Origin: Octopus vulgaris
Taxonomy: Eukaryota
DNA length: 64,000 bases
Direction: 5' to 3'
Assembly: GCA_951406725.2 (NCBI GenBank)
Contig: OX597827.1
Location: 47,430,001-47,494,000 of the forward strand
Shown: piece by piece, positions 12,563-26,682 of the stretch
How positions within the stretch are numbered: position 1 is the first letter of the stretch
Layout of the letters: each line of letters begins with the position of its first letter
Notes under the pieces: model-generated
The model's input: the letters and a program-made list of their open reading frames with translations, nothing else
Told to the model about the DNA's origin: nothing
Database searches by the model: none
Position numbers and translations under genes: made by a program

Positions 12563-13478
12563 AGTATCACTCCTACCTTTCTCTCTCTGTCTATCAGTCC
12601 CATCTTTCTCTCTCTATCATTCCTATCTTTCTCTCTGTCTGTCATTTGGTCTGACATTTTATTCTTTCTAAACACATGACCATCTTTCAATTTCTATTAC
12701 TGTGACTTTTACATCTCCCTCTTGATTTGTTCCTTTCGTGATTTCCTTCTTATTTTACATCAGGTAACTCATTTGCTGTTCCAGTTTGCTCTCCATTATT
12801 TATTACATGATCAGCTGTTTTCAATGAGCAAGTAATAAATTGATAACTAGTAAAGATATTCTTCCAATATTTAGCTTTGCTTTTTTTCAATGTTGTTTTG
12901 CCCTAAATAATCCATGACCGAACACACACAAGTAATCAAATACGTTTCATTCTCTATAATCACGACATTCTCGAAGGAATTGCATGTCTACTTTTACATC
13001 ATCCCATCAATCTTTCTTTCTGAAGACGGCGACAGTCTAAGAATACTTCATGGTGAGTTAAAATCAAATGTGAAAAGAACATTTCAAAGTTGCTTATCCT
13101 CAGTTACTCATTTAGCGCATCCACCAATCGTAAACTAATATTAATATTAATGGCTCAATTAGGAGAGAGGGATAAGCTGAATACATTATTTACTTACGGA
13201 CATTTAGACTTTTATATCAAATATCGCTCCGAAATATTCCGAGTTGAGAAAACCTAACGATCCAACCGGGGTAGATGCCCTGTTTTACTTTGTGTTGTTT
13301 GATGGTGTGTGTATGCATATGTGTGTGTGTGTGTGTGGGGGGGGGGTTGTATATATGCTGGAAGGGTATACGGTGTTTCTTAAGAATTTTTAGATTTGAC
13401 GATTCCCATCTATCTCCAGATCAGAGCACAATAGATTTCTTTCAGCAAATAGAAGCAGAAATACTGAGAGATCAAAGA

Positions 13479-13544
<66 letters not shown>

Positions 13545-16485
13545 TGTGTGTGAGAAATAAGGAAGTAAAGGTGAGAGAAGGAGACACAAAAATCAACCTC
13601 AATATACCGCAGGTATTTTATGTCTTGACTTCAAAGAGAAAAAAAAAAATGGAAAATTGATTTTGGAAACGTTACAACTCCGAGTGACCTTTTATCACTA
13701 ATTTTCAGTATTTTGACAATGTTAAAAATCAATATAATTGCCTGAAATGGGGTAGGTGGGGGCGATAAAATAACGTACAAATTTTTATTAACGTTTTTAC
13801 CCTCCTACAAAGTTTTTGGTCTTGTACCAATATCGGAGATCAATTACGATAGCTGAATTATGAGGGTTAAATTATATGTATATTCCCATCCCACCAAATT
13901 TTGTAGACTTGTCCCAATGCCAGAAATCATTATTTCTATTTTTTTTAAATATATTTTTCCAGCAACTTAATGCCTGTTAGATTTTCCGCTTCAATTTTTT
14001 ATACAAAAATTTTACTGTCATCAGTGACATGATGTAGAACGATGTTATAGCAATTTGGCTTCATGCACTAAATTTGAGGAAAAGGCAAAAGGCATTATAT
14101 ACATGTATAGAAAAACAACATCAATCGACCGAAGAAAAGAGAAACAAAATGGCAAAACTATAACAGTTAATGATTAAAAGAAACAAAAAGATAACATTAA
14201 AACAGAGCGAAACATAATATAATTGAAAATGAATTGCTATGAAGTCAATTAGATACAAATCTATAATTATGTTTTTTACAATGTTAAGATAATTAAAGGA
14301 AAGTAAAGCTATTTGAATTTTTTTAAAGTTTATTTTATGGACAGAGTGCAAAAACCCAAGCGCCCGTAACGCTAGATTTTTTTTCCCTCACATCATATTT
14401 AATATGTCTGTAATTATCGTTATTATTTCTGTTTCTGTTGCCTGTTTTGCTGACGTAGATCACTTCTCTGCTGTCTCTATTCTGGTGGGTAACTTTATTT
14501 AATGCCTAATAGATGAAACGAATATTAAAAGCAAAATTAACAAACTATAAACGCTTGTAGCACACGGAATTCGACAATTAAAAAAATAAATTCTCTCGTT
14601 TTATAGTCTCTTTAGAATTTTACTTTTGATTTGCTTTATTAGAATGTTCTAAAAGTGTAATAGCATAATATTAGAAAAACACAGCAGGTCCATATTTTTA
14701 GTAGATGTGGAAAAATATGTATGTTAATGACCATGTTATTCCTGTGAGCATTTTTGACCTTTATATATGCCATAGCATTAACAGGCAATTGAGGGTTTTC
14801 ATGCGCATCGGCTCTCCATCACCCTAAAGAATGACTTGCTTAAATTCTCTAGTAAACTTAAGTCAGATAATGTACATTTATAATAATCATGTAGATCATT
14901 TATTATTCAGGAGGGAGAAGTGGAAGTGCATTTGTCTAACTCAATGCATTGCAAGCATGATGATGAAAATTCATTCCAAAAGATCGGTGTTTCGATTTTC
15001 TGGTTCATATTTACATTCCTTACAACTATACATTGGTATAGAAAACGGGAGACAAACGAGCTACTGAATGTGAAGGGAATAATTTCAAATAAGATTATGT
15101 CAGAATAACAAAGTAATGAAACGCTATGGTAGAGAGAAGACGGTTTTTTCTGTCGAGTATCTCTCTGGGAAACAACGAGAGCAGCTGTTAACTATACTTT
15201 CCGAAGGTCAAGACAAATGGACATTCTGTGACATCACCTATAGGAAACTCACACCTGCCTCAAAGCGATCAACATCAGAGAGTGTAGTGGCAAATTGAAA
15301 GCATTCAAATTGGAAAGATGCAGTCGTTTCAAGAAGGTAGCAGCTGGACGATGATAAATCAAATCAATTTGTTTCTGAATATTCTTTAATTTTCTTTACA
15401 TTTTGTCGATTTAAACTAATTAAAAGTAGTGGTGGAAAATATCTAATTTCGTCATTTGTCCTCTGAACTGCTGCTTGCATTGAAATTTCCTCTCTATAAA
15501 GCAATTTTGTAGATACTAACCGTTACCAAAATTTGGTTTACCTTACGTAACAACAACGAGTAAAACTGCCAGCATTATAGCATATTCGTTTACGAGTCAT
15601 AGCAAGTAGAATGTGGAACAGCTTCTGCAAATGCCAGTTTTGTCATCTCTTATAAGCCTGCAACAGAATAATTCCTTCTTATCAGAACTAAGATCAATCA
15701 TTGAATCCCACGGTTATCTGAAAGAATTATTGAGAAGCACAGTAAGAATTAATGAAGACAGCTCATCAGACTTTAACCAAATCAACGTGAACAAGCATAA
15801 CTCAATTCAAAAAGCAGAGCGAAATACCACTCACCAAACCGAAGACAAGAAATATATTGGTTTCTGATTTAGGCACAAAAGCAGCAATTTTTGAGGTGGT
15901 CCTGGTTGCTCTCATGAACCCCCAGTATCTCACTGGTACTTTGCTGCATTGAACCCTGAGTAATGAAAGGCAAAGTTGACTTCAGTGGGATATGAACTCA
16001 GAATGTTACAAACCGGAAAAATACCGCGAACCCTGGAAGCGTGCGCCGTCTCAAACAAAAGAAAGGTATTCAAAGCAGTATAGATCTGATTGTCTACAGA
16101 ATAATAAAAATCAAACAAATCTCCGTGCGTGGCAAAATAAATTTCCGGGTGCAGTGGTAGCAGAAAAATGTACGAATAAGTCGAAATCTAAACAACCACA
16201 AGCGTACAGAAATGATCAAACAATTGGAAGGTTACTTTTCCAGAACCTTCTTGTTAATACATTCCTCCTTTAATCGCAGATAGACATAGAAAATGCTAAT
16301 AAATGTTATGTTAATGCCAATGGGGTTTCATATAAGACGAACAGTCTGATATACGGGAATAATCCAAAAATAGGACATCACAGGGCACAATGAAATAAGA
16401 ATCAGGGACATTCAGCGATGCCTTCCTTCAAATTTATGTCACGAATAAAGGAACCAAAACTCAATCGAAAAGTAGACTGGATATT

Positions 16486-16877
16486 CTTTTCTACTCTAGA
16501 CACAAGGCCCGAAATTTTTGGGGAGGGGGCCAGTCGATTAGATCGACCTCAGTACGCAACCGGTACTTAATTTATCGACTCTGAAAGGATGAAAGGCAAA
16601 TTCGACATCGGCAGAATTTGAACTCAGAACGTAAAGACAGACGAAATACCTATTTCTTTATTACCCACAAGGGTCTAAACAGAAAGAGGACAAACAAGGA
16701 CAGACAAACGGATTAAGTCGATTATGTCGACCCCAGTGCGTAACTGGTCCTAAATTTATCGACTCCGAAAGGATGAAAGGCAAAGTGGACCTCGGCGGAA
16801 TTTGAACTCAGAACGTAAAGACAGACGAAATACTGCTAAGCATTTCGCCCAGCGTGCTAACGTTTCTGCCAGCTCGG
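16486..16877 (-). mobile_element. SINE family C (internally duplicated) with 16-bp TSD
   Basis: TSD AAGTAGACTGGATATT at 16470-16485 and 16878-16893. B-box-like GAGTTCAAATTCC on the minus strand. Two internal units GAAAGGATGAAAGGCAAA...GAATTTGAACTCAGAACGTAAAGACAGACGAAATAC. Confidence 0.9.
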
Positions 16878-16893
16878 AAGTAGACTGGATATT

Positions 16894-17580
16894 GTGCGTC
16901 CTTAATCTTGAAAAAGGGAGATTTTGCACTTAATCACAGAGGCAGTATACTTATGATTAGAGCAGCCAAAATTTACAAACATATACTACAGAATCATATA
17001 TAGAGAAAGCTTACGACGCCTTACAAATAAACCGAAACGGGATCAGAACGATCGGCCTAAATTTGAAGACTTAATAAAAGTTTGAATAATCGCAAATGTA
17101 TCTTCCTGCTTTTTGAGGTTTTAAAATTTTGCAACCATGTCCTGCAAGTCAGAACTTGTTCCATTTGCCTTTCTGCATTAAATACACCCGCTCCTCCCTA
17201 ATTGATAACATTGCAGAACACGGTTTTTCAGTAGAAAAATTCCCATAAACTCGGCATTCCAATCGCTCAAATTTCCCTAAATTTATCACTCGAACACAAC
17301 GGTAACACACTCATACTATTATAGTGATGATATAGCTGTCTTTGCAAATACCATCGTACAATCTAACACCCTTCCATATGACGTTGAAAATGTAGCAGAA
17401 TATATTTTTCTCCATGTCAATGCAATAATGACACTTACTTCAATAGGAAGAGTTCAGTAACAAAATCGTCTGAAATGTGTAGACACCGCCGTATGATTAG
17501 AAAGTAAGATGGTACCCAGTTGAAAAGTATATAAAACGCCAACTCATATAGGCATGGGATGCGATTGACAGCGTGTTTTC
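16894..17580 (+). pseudogene. Decayed RTE-like LINE reverse transcriptase fragments
   Basis: Manual translation gives KKGDFALNHRGSILMIRAAKIYKHILQNHI (~16910) and YSDDIAVFANTIVQSNTLPYDVENVAEYIFLHVNA (17320), resembling RTE NYRGISL and YADD regions. Many stops and frameshifts. May extend upstream past the SINE. Confidence 0.65.
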
Positions 17581-18679
17581 TTCCTGAACGCCTTGGCGTG
17601 AGTATTATTTGCATATCACGAGCTGGTATGAATGGCTTCTAGAAAAACCCTATGGGATAAAAAGGAGCGAAAGGCTGTTTTATTGAAACCATTTATATTA
17701 TTAGAGACACAGGCATCCATTTCTCTGGTGTTGCTGATTATTAATTAATGGTTAAACTCCTTAGAACATCTCCCAATACTGACATGTACAGATACAGCTG
17801 TACAGCAAAAACTATATTTATCAACCGGCTCTATATGATCACGACATTATTCTATCTATGCAAGCTCAATGGATACCTTGTTGATTAAATAACATATCAT
17901 TACAGTTTCCTCTTATTTCGTCAAAGATGTTTGGCGCCCTAAACATTATTATTACTGTATGAACAGTTGAAATCAGTTCTATGACCTTAATATCTGTATA
18001 TTTCCTTGATTATAGTATTATATCAGGAGGTGCAATTAGGTCAAGAAATCTTCCAAGCCAGTTTGTCGCAAATTTGAACTTGAGGTTAGACAGAATGATT
18101 AAATTATATTTAGATTCTCCAGCAATCAATATCCATTCTAGTTTTGTTAAGAGAAACCAGGAAAGTGAAATTATTCAATTATATTCAGAACAGATGATTT
18201 CAGATATTCCAACGTATCTATAAGTGACCTCATATTTCTTTTAAAATCATTCTTTTGTGTATGACAACAATTTTTGATCCTCTAAAACAATATTGTTGGA
18301 CTTACATTGAACTCCATGTTCTTTGAACAATTTTATATTCATCAGAGAACCAACAACCCTGAAATTCAATCACTGATTGAGATTTTTTAAATGGAGGTTT
18401 TTTTATCTTCAAAAATTCGTTTGCAGTCGTTTCTGTATAAACTGTGGTTGTAACACCAATTTACGAAAAATTTGAAGTGAAAATTAACGTAATGTTTGTG
18501 GTTTTAGACATTAGAATGGAACTTCATAAGACTTGCATCAAAGGTGCGCAATCACATGGTGCGTCGTCCGCCGTTTTTGGTCTTATATAGGGAGGGAACA
18601 GAAAATAGAAGTGCAGATTGGGGATGAGTAAATGGCGTAGAGATCGTGTGGTGGTGGGATTATAAAGGAAGAATACAAA

Positions 18680-18795
18680 GGAGGAGGAGGAGGTGAAGAA
18701 GAAGAAGATGATGAAGAAGAAGAAGCTGAAGAAGAAAAAGAAAAAGAAGAGGAAGATGAAGAAGAGAAAGAAGAGAAAGAAGAAGAAAAAGAAGC
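18680..18795 (+). repeat. (GAA/GAG)n purine-rich microsatellite
   Basis: Direct inspection. It produces the spurious poly-K ORF 18693-18929. Confidence 0.9.
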
Positions 18796-19928
18796 TAAGA
18801 ATATTTATAAATTGGGAAGGACAATATATAACAAATCATTTTATTTGGACTAAGAATTTCCATAGCGATCGGTCAGCACAACATTGCCACTGGTACCAAA
18901 TTTCGTTTAATGGGCGAAAATTTATTTGACCATTAGACAACATTCATGGGAGACAATGTTAAAAAACGGAATGGGAATTTTGCGTAAACTGTACCAAGTA
19001 GAGTTGGTGCAGAAACCATTGTAACGAATCATTACTTAACTAACGTGTGCTCCAACAATCATGTACGAGTATCTACGTTTCGATGTTTACGAATGAAATG
19101 CGAATCACTATTATGAAACATTATTATGAAACAATACATATATAAATGCAAAACAGATAAGATGATAGAGAGGACTGAAAGATTGAAAACTCCGATCAGA
19201 ATATAGTTTTTGGTCAGGAAAAAAATGTGTTAAAGCAGTCTTTCCATTGAATATATTTTGTATGATTATTTTATGTAAAAACCGCCATGTTTTTTTTTTT
19301 AGCTTTCAAAAACCGAAACTGTAAAACAATATATCAAAAGCAAGAAATGGAAGATTATCGCTGGCTTCATAGAATATATTCATGAAGCATTACATATTTA
19401 ATAGCTACATGACACTAAGATCCAAATTACAACATTAATAAATAGGTTGAATATCAACGTATTTCAAGGGAAATATTAAAATATATTCGTGTTTATACAG
19501 AGTCCGTAGTAATTCATGCGTTGCGTTAAAATAGTGTTACTTGAATCGAAGTTCTTTTTGAAAGTTTGTAATTCAAACGAACAAAAGAAAAAAAAAGAGA
19601 GAAAAAGAAAAAAAGTGCTAACATACGTGTTGTATGAAATGGCGAAATATAGTTTCCGACCAAAGTTTTCAACTTAACGTGTCTGGATATTCAAAGACTG
19701 CAAAGGGTCCATTTATTTTTCAAAGTTGATTCTGGTCTGGTCTCTGCAATGTATTAAAGGGAAAAAGAAACTGCTTTTTTCTTTCAATTTTATATCTAAA
19801 ATTACTCACTGAAATCTTGTCTTTTTCGTTTAAATAAAAAACCTAGCAACGGAAAAATATCTAAAAGGTTTCTGTCGAATGAAATGATCTCTCTCACGCC
19901 ATCTTACATATTGACGTACTGAATACAC

Positions 19929-19973
<45 letters not shown>

Positions 19974-19987
19974 CACACGCACACACA

Positions 19988-20022
<35 letters not shown>

Positions 20023-20398
20023 ATGTGTGAGCGTGTGTGTTTGTGCTTGTGTGCGTGTTTGTGTGTGTCTGTGTGTGCGGTGAGGAGGTGTATACGTAGA
20101 TACTCACACGCAGGGATACACGCGCATAAGCACACGCGTACACATATATTTGTTTAAACACATTATTTCCGTCTCTTACTAGTCCGTAGATGGACTTCAG
20201 CTATCTCCCGAACTGTTACGAATAGCAACCAATTCATTTTCCTTTTAGTTTCCAAATTTCATAATTTGTTTTAAACTTACGAAAAACGGATTGCCAAATA
20301 TGGTCATCTACATAGAAAATAACCTGGCACACACGCATACAAAAATACATATACATACGTATATATAAACACACACACACACACATATGTGTATATAT

Positions 20399-20536
20399 GC
20401 GTGGCTGAGTGGTAAGAAGGTGGTTTCTCAACCACATGGTTCCGGGTTACCTTGGGACAGTGTCTTCTACTATAGCCTCGGGGCCAACCAAAGCCTTGTG
20501 AGTGGATTTGGTAGACGGAAAGTGATAGAATCCCGT

Positions 20537-20587
<51 letters not shown>

Positions 20588-20591
20588 TTAA

Positions 20592-20624
<33 letters not shown>

Positions 20625-20830
20625 CATGTGTGTGTGTTTGCGACACCCCCACCATCGCTTGGCAGTCGAAGTTGGTGTGTTTACGTTCTTGTACATTAGT
20701 GGTTCGGCTAAACCGAACGATAAAATAGGTGCTAGACTTACAAAGAATAAGTCCCGTGACCGATTTGTTCGACTAAAGGCGATGCTGCAGCAAGGCGCTA
20801 GTTAAATGATTGAAACAAGTGAAAGAATAA
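20399..20830 (+). mobile_element. SINE family B copy
   Basis: GTGGCTGAGTGGTAAG head, CTATAGCCTCGGGCC..CCAAAGCCTTGTGAGTGGATTTGGTAGACGGAAA, internal (TA)n, tail CGACTAAAGGCGATGCTGCAGCA. Confidence 0.85.
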
Positions 20831-20876
20831 ATGAATATATAATATATATATATTAAAATAAGGGCTCAAAGATCCG

Positions 20877-20995
20877 GCGGAGTGTAGGACATAATCCCCT
20901 TGGACATATCCCGTCCAGGACAAATCGCCCTAGGACAAAATTCCCTCGGACGAAGTCCCTTAGTTAAAGTGCGGAAGTGGACAAAACCGCCTCAG
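20877..20995 (+). repeat. 15-16-bp tandem GGACAnAATCCC units, probable DNA-transposon subterminal repeats
   Basis: GGAC at 20887, 20902, 20918, 20933, 20948 and 20979. Confidence 0.6.
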
Positions 20996-21142
20996 TTATA
21001 TTTTGCGGGGAGGTATACAATAAACTGTCCATCATTTTTCGTTTATTTTTCCTCTAAATTCGTTTTAGTCATTAGACTGCGGTCATGCTGTGGCACCACC
21101 TTGGAGAATTTTTGGTCGAATGTATCGGCTTCAGAATTTGTA

Positions 21143-21684
21143 TTGGGTTGTCCGGAAAGTTCGTGCTGATTTATAGCAGCTTATCTTTCGACTTATTCTA
21201 GAACATGGTTGAGTCCATAAAATAGGATTTAACTACACCTTCATTTAGAGTACAGTTTAAGCTATGTTTTCGTGGAAGAAGGTTTATGTTCCTATAACCT
21301 GTGTTAATTCTGTAACCCATTAAAATGGAAGATAAGAAAGTTCCTTTTCGGCACTTGATGCTTTCGGAACCAGATAAAAATTGCTGCACCTCGGCTGGCA
21401 TGTGTTACCCCACCTTCTATTTTCACCAGATACTGCTCCTTCGGATTTCTACTTATTCATGTCTCTGCAGAATAGTCTTAAGGGTAAACATTTCAATACC
21501 TTGGATGACGTAAAAAATACCTTGATGAATTCTTTGCCATGAAACCACCTCAAGTTAAATGAAAGATGGAGACGCATTGTGCAACAAAATGTTTCATATT
21601 TGGTTGACTAAAAATGTAATGGCAATTATTTATTGACTTTTTTCTTTCCTTTAAAAATCGGCATGAACTTTCCGGACAGCCCAA
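21143..21684 (+). mobile_element. Internally deleted mariner (same family as 34242-35525)
   Basis: TIRs TTGGGTTGTCCGGAAAGTTC / GAACTTTCCGGACAGCCCAA with TA TSDs. Retains the MEDKK start and the SPDTAPSDFHLF region. Confidence 0.93.
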
Positions 21685-22275
21685 TATTTCAATCTGGTAC
21701 TTATAGTATCGGCCTGGTAACTTATTCGATCACGAGTAGTGTTTGAACATTTTAGAGATTGCGACTTGTTCGGGATTTTAAAATTTAAATCTTAACCTCT
21801 TCCCAACGCCTCCCCAATTTTTTAGTTTTTCACTTTTTTACGAATTTGTTTTCTTGTTTTGGTGGCGGGGAGGGATTCAACGTAGAAAAATACGAAAATT
21901 ATGATATTCTGAAAGAGGTGTTATCAAAAAAACTTAATTAAAAAAAAAAAATTGACAGCCCCCTCCACATTGTGCACATCCATACCGACATTCAAGATAA
22001 TTTAAAACTTATTCATGCGTAACCTGATTTTCAAACAGCACATGGAATTATGCCCAGAAGGTCTCTCGACATGCTATAAATAATAGGCAAATCTCTTACA
22101 TTCATCTTTTTAATTATACATACACAAAAACGGAAATCACGGTTACTAATTTTTTTCTATTTTCCAAAATTCCAAATTTTAAGGAAACCAAAGTATATTC
22201 AATCGAAAATAAATAAGTAGCATACAATAACAGAGCACTAGAGTCTTCACTACACAATGTAGACATTGTCTAGTG

Positions 22276-22650
22276 AAGGCGCAATGGCTCAATGGTTAGG
22301 GCAGTGGACTCGCGGTTGTATAATTTCGGTTTCGATTCCCAGTCCGGGCGTTGTGAGTTTTATTGAACGAAAACACTTAAAGCCCTACGAGATACCGGCA
22401 GGGTGGGGTCGAACCCTGCTGAACTCTTTCACCACAACTTTCTCTCACTCTTTTTTCCTGTTACTGTTATACATGTATTTCAAAGGGCCAGCCTTGTCAC
22501 ATTCTGTGTCACGCTGAATCTCCCCGAGTACTACATTAAGTGTACACGTGTCTGTAGAGTGCTCAGCCACTTGCACGTTAATTTCACGAGCAGGCTGTTC
22601 CCTTGATCGAATCAACTGGAACCCTCAACGTCGTAACCGACGGAGTTCCA
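22276..22650 (+). mobile_element. tRNA-derived SINE, head A plus tail i
   Basis: GGCGCAATGGCTCAATGGTTAGGGCAG head. Tail GCTCAGCCACTTGCACGTTAATTTCACGAGCAGGCTG...CGTCGTAACCGACGGAG. Confidence 0.88.
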
Positions 22651-23434
22651 CGACATATTCTCTGAATTCTAACAAAAGAGAAAGCATTTATGTCCAGGAA
22701 TGTCTTTTACTAGTCAAAAACTTTCATCATCAGCATCGTCATCATCACTATAGTTACCAACATCGTCATCACTATCACCACCGCCAAAATGCGTGATCAG
22801 CTATAAATCCACCATTACCACCACCGACAGAAGTACATTTGAATGACTGCTCATCGGCCAGGGGCGACGCCTGGCCGAAAGATCATCCTGTGAAACCTTC
22901 AACGACCGGAAAAAAATTAAAGGTCCACAGAGAAGAGAAAACAAAAGACCTTAAATTTGTTTTAAAATTAATAAAAATGTGGACACGGTTTCGAATTTTA
23001 GCTTCAGTTATTACGTAGCTGGAAAAATCCTCAATGATTTTAAAATTCTTTTTGCGATAAATAACAATAGATTTTTTGAAGCGAATATTCAAAAACGAAA
23101 GTTCGTGATCTACTCTAGGGATTTATCAAAGAAGTTATAATCTCCTGCGCCGAATAAATTCGCAAAGGTCAAAAAGAAAAATATAACCGAGTGTGTTGTA
23201 AGTGAACGAGTTTGAAAACATCAGGAATATTGGTGTAGGTGTGGGCGGGATGTAAGGAGAGTGATTGATGCCTTAGAAAAAAGATTTTTTCAGATTCATA
23301 ATTTCTACATCTACGTGGAATCCCACCAAAATTTCCGCAAAAAGTGGAAAACAAAAAAATTGAAGGTGGGTGTTGGGAGAGAGATTTAAATTTTAAAAAG
23401 ATGATTTTTTGTCAGAATCGGGATTTCTACGTTG

Positions 23435-23514
<80 letters not shown>

Positions 23515-23774
23515 AAGATATATATAAGCGAGTTTTGTCCTCTTTTCACATTTTAACTAGTCCGAGGGATGTTTGTCCCAATCCCACCCAGCCCATGTCT
23601 TGTTCCCGAAATTTGTGGCGTATACGTTCACTTACTGGACAGCGCACTGGTCTAACGCAGGATTACTTTTTGTGTCACCCGAAGGGACTGGAGCAACGTG
23701 AATTGTTTTGCCCAAGAGAAAAACGCATCATCCGTTCCAGGAATCGCTCTTATGATCTTGAGTGGAGCAACCAA

Positions 23775-24140
23775 CTACATGGTTCCCGGTTCAGTCCCAC
23801 TGCGTGGCATCTTGGGCGAGTGTCTTCTGTTATAACCCCGGGCCGACCAATGCCTTGTGAGTGGATTTGGTAGGCGGAAACTGAAAGAAGCATGTCGTAT
23901 ATATGTAAATATATATATGTATGTGTGTGTGTTTGTGTGTCTGTGTTTGTCTCCCTAGCATTGCTTGACAACCGTTGCTGGTGTGTGTACGTCCCCGTCA
24001 CTTAACGGTTTGGCAAAAGAGACCGATAGAATAAGTACTGGGCTTACAAAGAATAAGTCCTGGGGTCGATTCGCTCGACTAAAGGCGGTGCTCCAGCATG
24101 CCCGCAGTCAAATGACTGAAACAAGTAAAAGAGTAAAAGA
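23775..24140 (+). mobile_element. SINE family B copy (5'-truncated)
   Basis: CATGGTTCCCGGTTCAGTCCCACTGCGTGGC through CAAATGACTGAAACAAGTAAAAGAGT. Confidence 0.88.
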
Positions 24141-24259
24141 GATACGTACATGCAAACATAAACGCATATATCACATACATATGTACACACACATACATGT
24201 ATATATACATATATATGTGTTGGTGTGTATGTGTGTCTGTGTGGTGTGTGTGTGTGTGT

Positions 24260-24546
24260 GGAGGCACAATGGCCCAGTGGTTAGCGCAGCGGACTCGTAA
24301 TCGTAGGATCGCGGTTTCGATTCTCGAACCGGGCGTTGTGAGTGTTTAATTTGAGCAAAAATACCTAAAGTCCCACAAGGCTCCGGTAGCGGGTGGTGGC
24401 AAACCCGTCTGTACTCTTTCACCACAACTGTCTATCACTCTTTCTTCCTGTTTCTGTTGTGTTCAGCCACTTGCACGTTAGTTTCACGAGCAGGCTTTTC
24501 CGTTGGTCAGACCAACTGGAACCCTCGACGTCGTAACCGACGGGGA
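24260..24546 (+). mobile_element. tRNA-derived SINE, head A plus partial tail i
   Basis: GGAGGCACAATGGCCCAGTGGTTAG...GTTTCGATTC, ending CGTCGTAACCGACGG. Confidence 0.85.
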
Positions 24547-24549
24547 TAC

Positions 24550-24588
<39 letters not shown>

Positions 24589-24624
24589 TATATATATATA
24601 TGTACATATATAATAAAAATAAAT

Positions 24625-24862
24625 ATTCCTTCTCGAGCCATGCCAGGCTCAAACGGTTTCCCGGTTTCAGTGGCGTAGAAATTCGCCACCTGGACGGGAG
24701 GACGTTCCGTCGCAGATTACTCATTTTTGTCAGCTGAGTGGACTGGAGCAACGTGAAATGAAGTGTTTTGCTCAAGAACACAACGCATCGCTCGCTCCAG
24801 GAATCGAAACCACAACCACACGATTATGAGTTCAATACCCTAACCACTACGCCACGTGTCTC

Positions 24863-24865
<3 letters not shown>
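24625..24865 (-). mobile_element. tRNA-derived SINE, head D with CORE-like body plus tail ii
   Basis: Minus strand GTGGCGTAGTGGTTAGG...GTTTCGATTCCTGG...TTGAGCAAAACACTTCATTTCACGTTGCTCCAGTCCACTCAGCTG...GAAACCGGGAAACCG. Confidence 0.85.
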
Positions 24866-24932
<67 letters not shown>

Positions 24933-26613
24933 TTAAAGATATATATATATACATATAATATATATGTATATCTATTATATATATGTTATATATGTATTAT
25001 ATATACATATATTATATATGCTAGCAAATAGACCACCCTCCGGGTGGCTTTCTGCTCTTTAAGCCTGGGTTGTGTATATGTTTATATTACAGAGATAGTG
25101 TGTGTGTGAGAGGGAGAGAGACCATTGCAAACAATGAAAGAATTAAACATGAAATGGAAAGATCGTATAAATAAAAGCTCGTTAAAATCTATTGGCATTC
25201 TTTGGGTTGAAACCTCAGAAATGCCAAAATGAACAGCTGGTCTTGTTCGTTAATTTCCGTAGAATGTTTTTATTTATCTACTTTTGTTTTAAATTGAAAG
25301 AGAGGAGAAAGTGAAAGATGTATGTACGTGTATATGAAATGGACGTATGTATGTGTGTAAGAGAGAGAGAGAGAGGGAAAGAGTGTGTGAGCGCCATTTA
25401 TACATCACTCGCGCTCTCTCCGTTTCACACACACATACGCGCACATATACATACGAAAAAGATGTATGTATATGTATGTACGTGTACATGTAAACGAAAA
25501 CATACCTCTTCACTCATTCTGTCTTCTCCGTCTGTCTGCCTTTCTCTCTCACACACAAAGACACTCACACATATAAATATATATAATCGTACGTACAAAA
25601 ACACACATGTGTGTGTGTGTATGACTGACTACAATTACACAGAGGTGAACAAGGCGCGCAAAAAGTAAAATAAATTTTTTTTACAGAAATTAACGAAGCG
25701 AGCGGGTTCAAGGGAAAGAATGCCAAACTGGCAAAAGAATGCCAAACTATCTTGTACTGAATATTTATATTTGTCAACTTGAAAGCTTGAATAATAAAAG
25801 AAAGTTCGGAAAGTAAACTTTCGCGAAAACTTCAAATTATAAAAAATCTCAGTTGCTTAGTAAATATTTCTTTCAGTAATTTATCGTAGTTGTAATATAT
25901 ATGTAATTTAAAGAAACGTGAAGATACGCCTAGCACGTTTAGCATGCTAGAAATAGCAGTGATCACATAGTTATTATTGTAAGACTTGTAGCGTTCCAAA
26001 CAGCCACAGAAACAATATCACTTTATTTTCTTTTAAAAAATTATACGAATATACTATATCATGGAGCCATCAAAGTTATACAGCTACTTTTTCTAATAGC
26101 ATTCATTCATTCTATAAATTTTTTTTTTTACATTGCATATGTAGAATAAACTGTGGAATTTGCAAATAACGCATGAAAACTTGAAATGAAAACACTGAAA
26201 TGAATATATATTAAATTATCATTAAAGATAATAGAAGCGAGAGAGAGTGTGAGACTGTTGCAAATAACAACGGAAAATTTCGCCTGCTAGTTAATATTGT
26301 TTACTAAACCTACTCCGTAGTGAATGCAACAAATATTGCAATTAGTTAAAAACTTCTAGTTCAAATACCCCATAAAATTCAGAAATCGAAACTACAGAAA
26401 ATTTCTTCTAGCATGAATTTATAAAAAAATATAATATAGAAAAAATTCCAAGCGCTGAAGCTTTCTTTTAGTATATATATATATATATATATATAATCTA
26501 TATATTATATATATGATATGTATATATATTATATATGTACATTACATAGATACATATATATATATATACATATATATACACACATATATATATATATATA
26601 TACATATATATAT

Positions 26614-26682
<69 letters not shown>

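Noticed and set aside
13388-13612. Possible exon (TTTTTAG...CAG|GTATTT)
   Set aside because: It spans a (GA)n microsatellite and has no protein similarity. RNA-seq would be needed.
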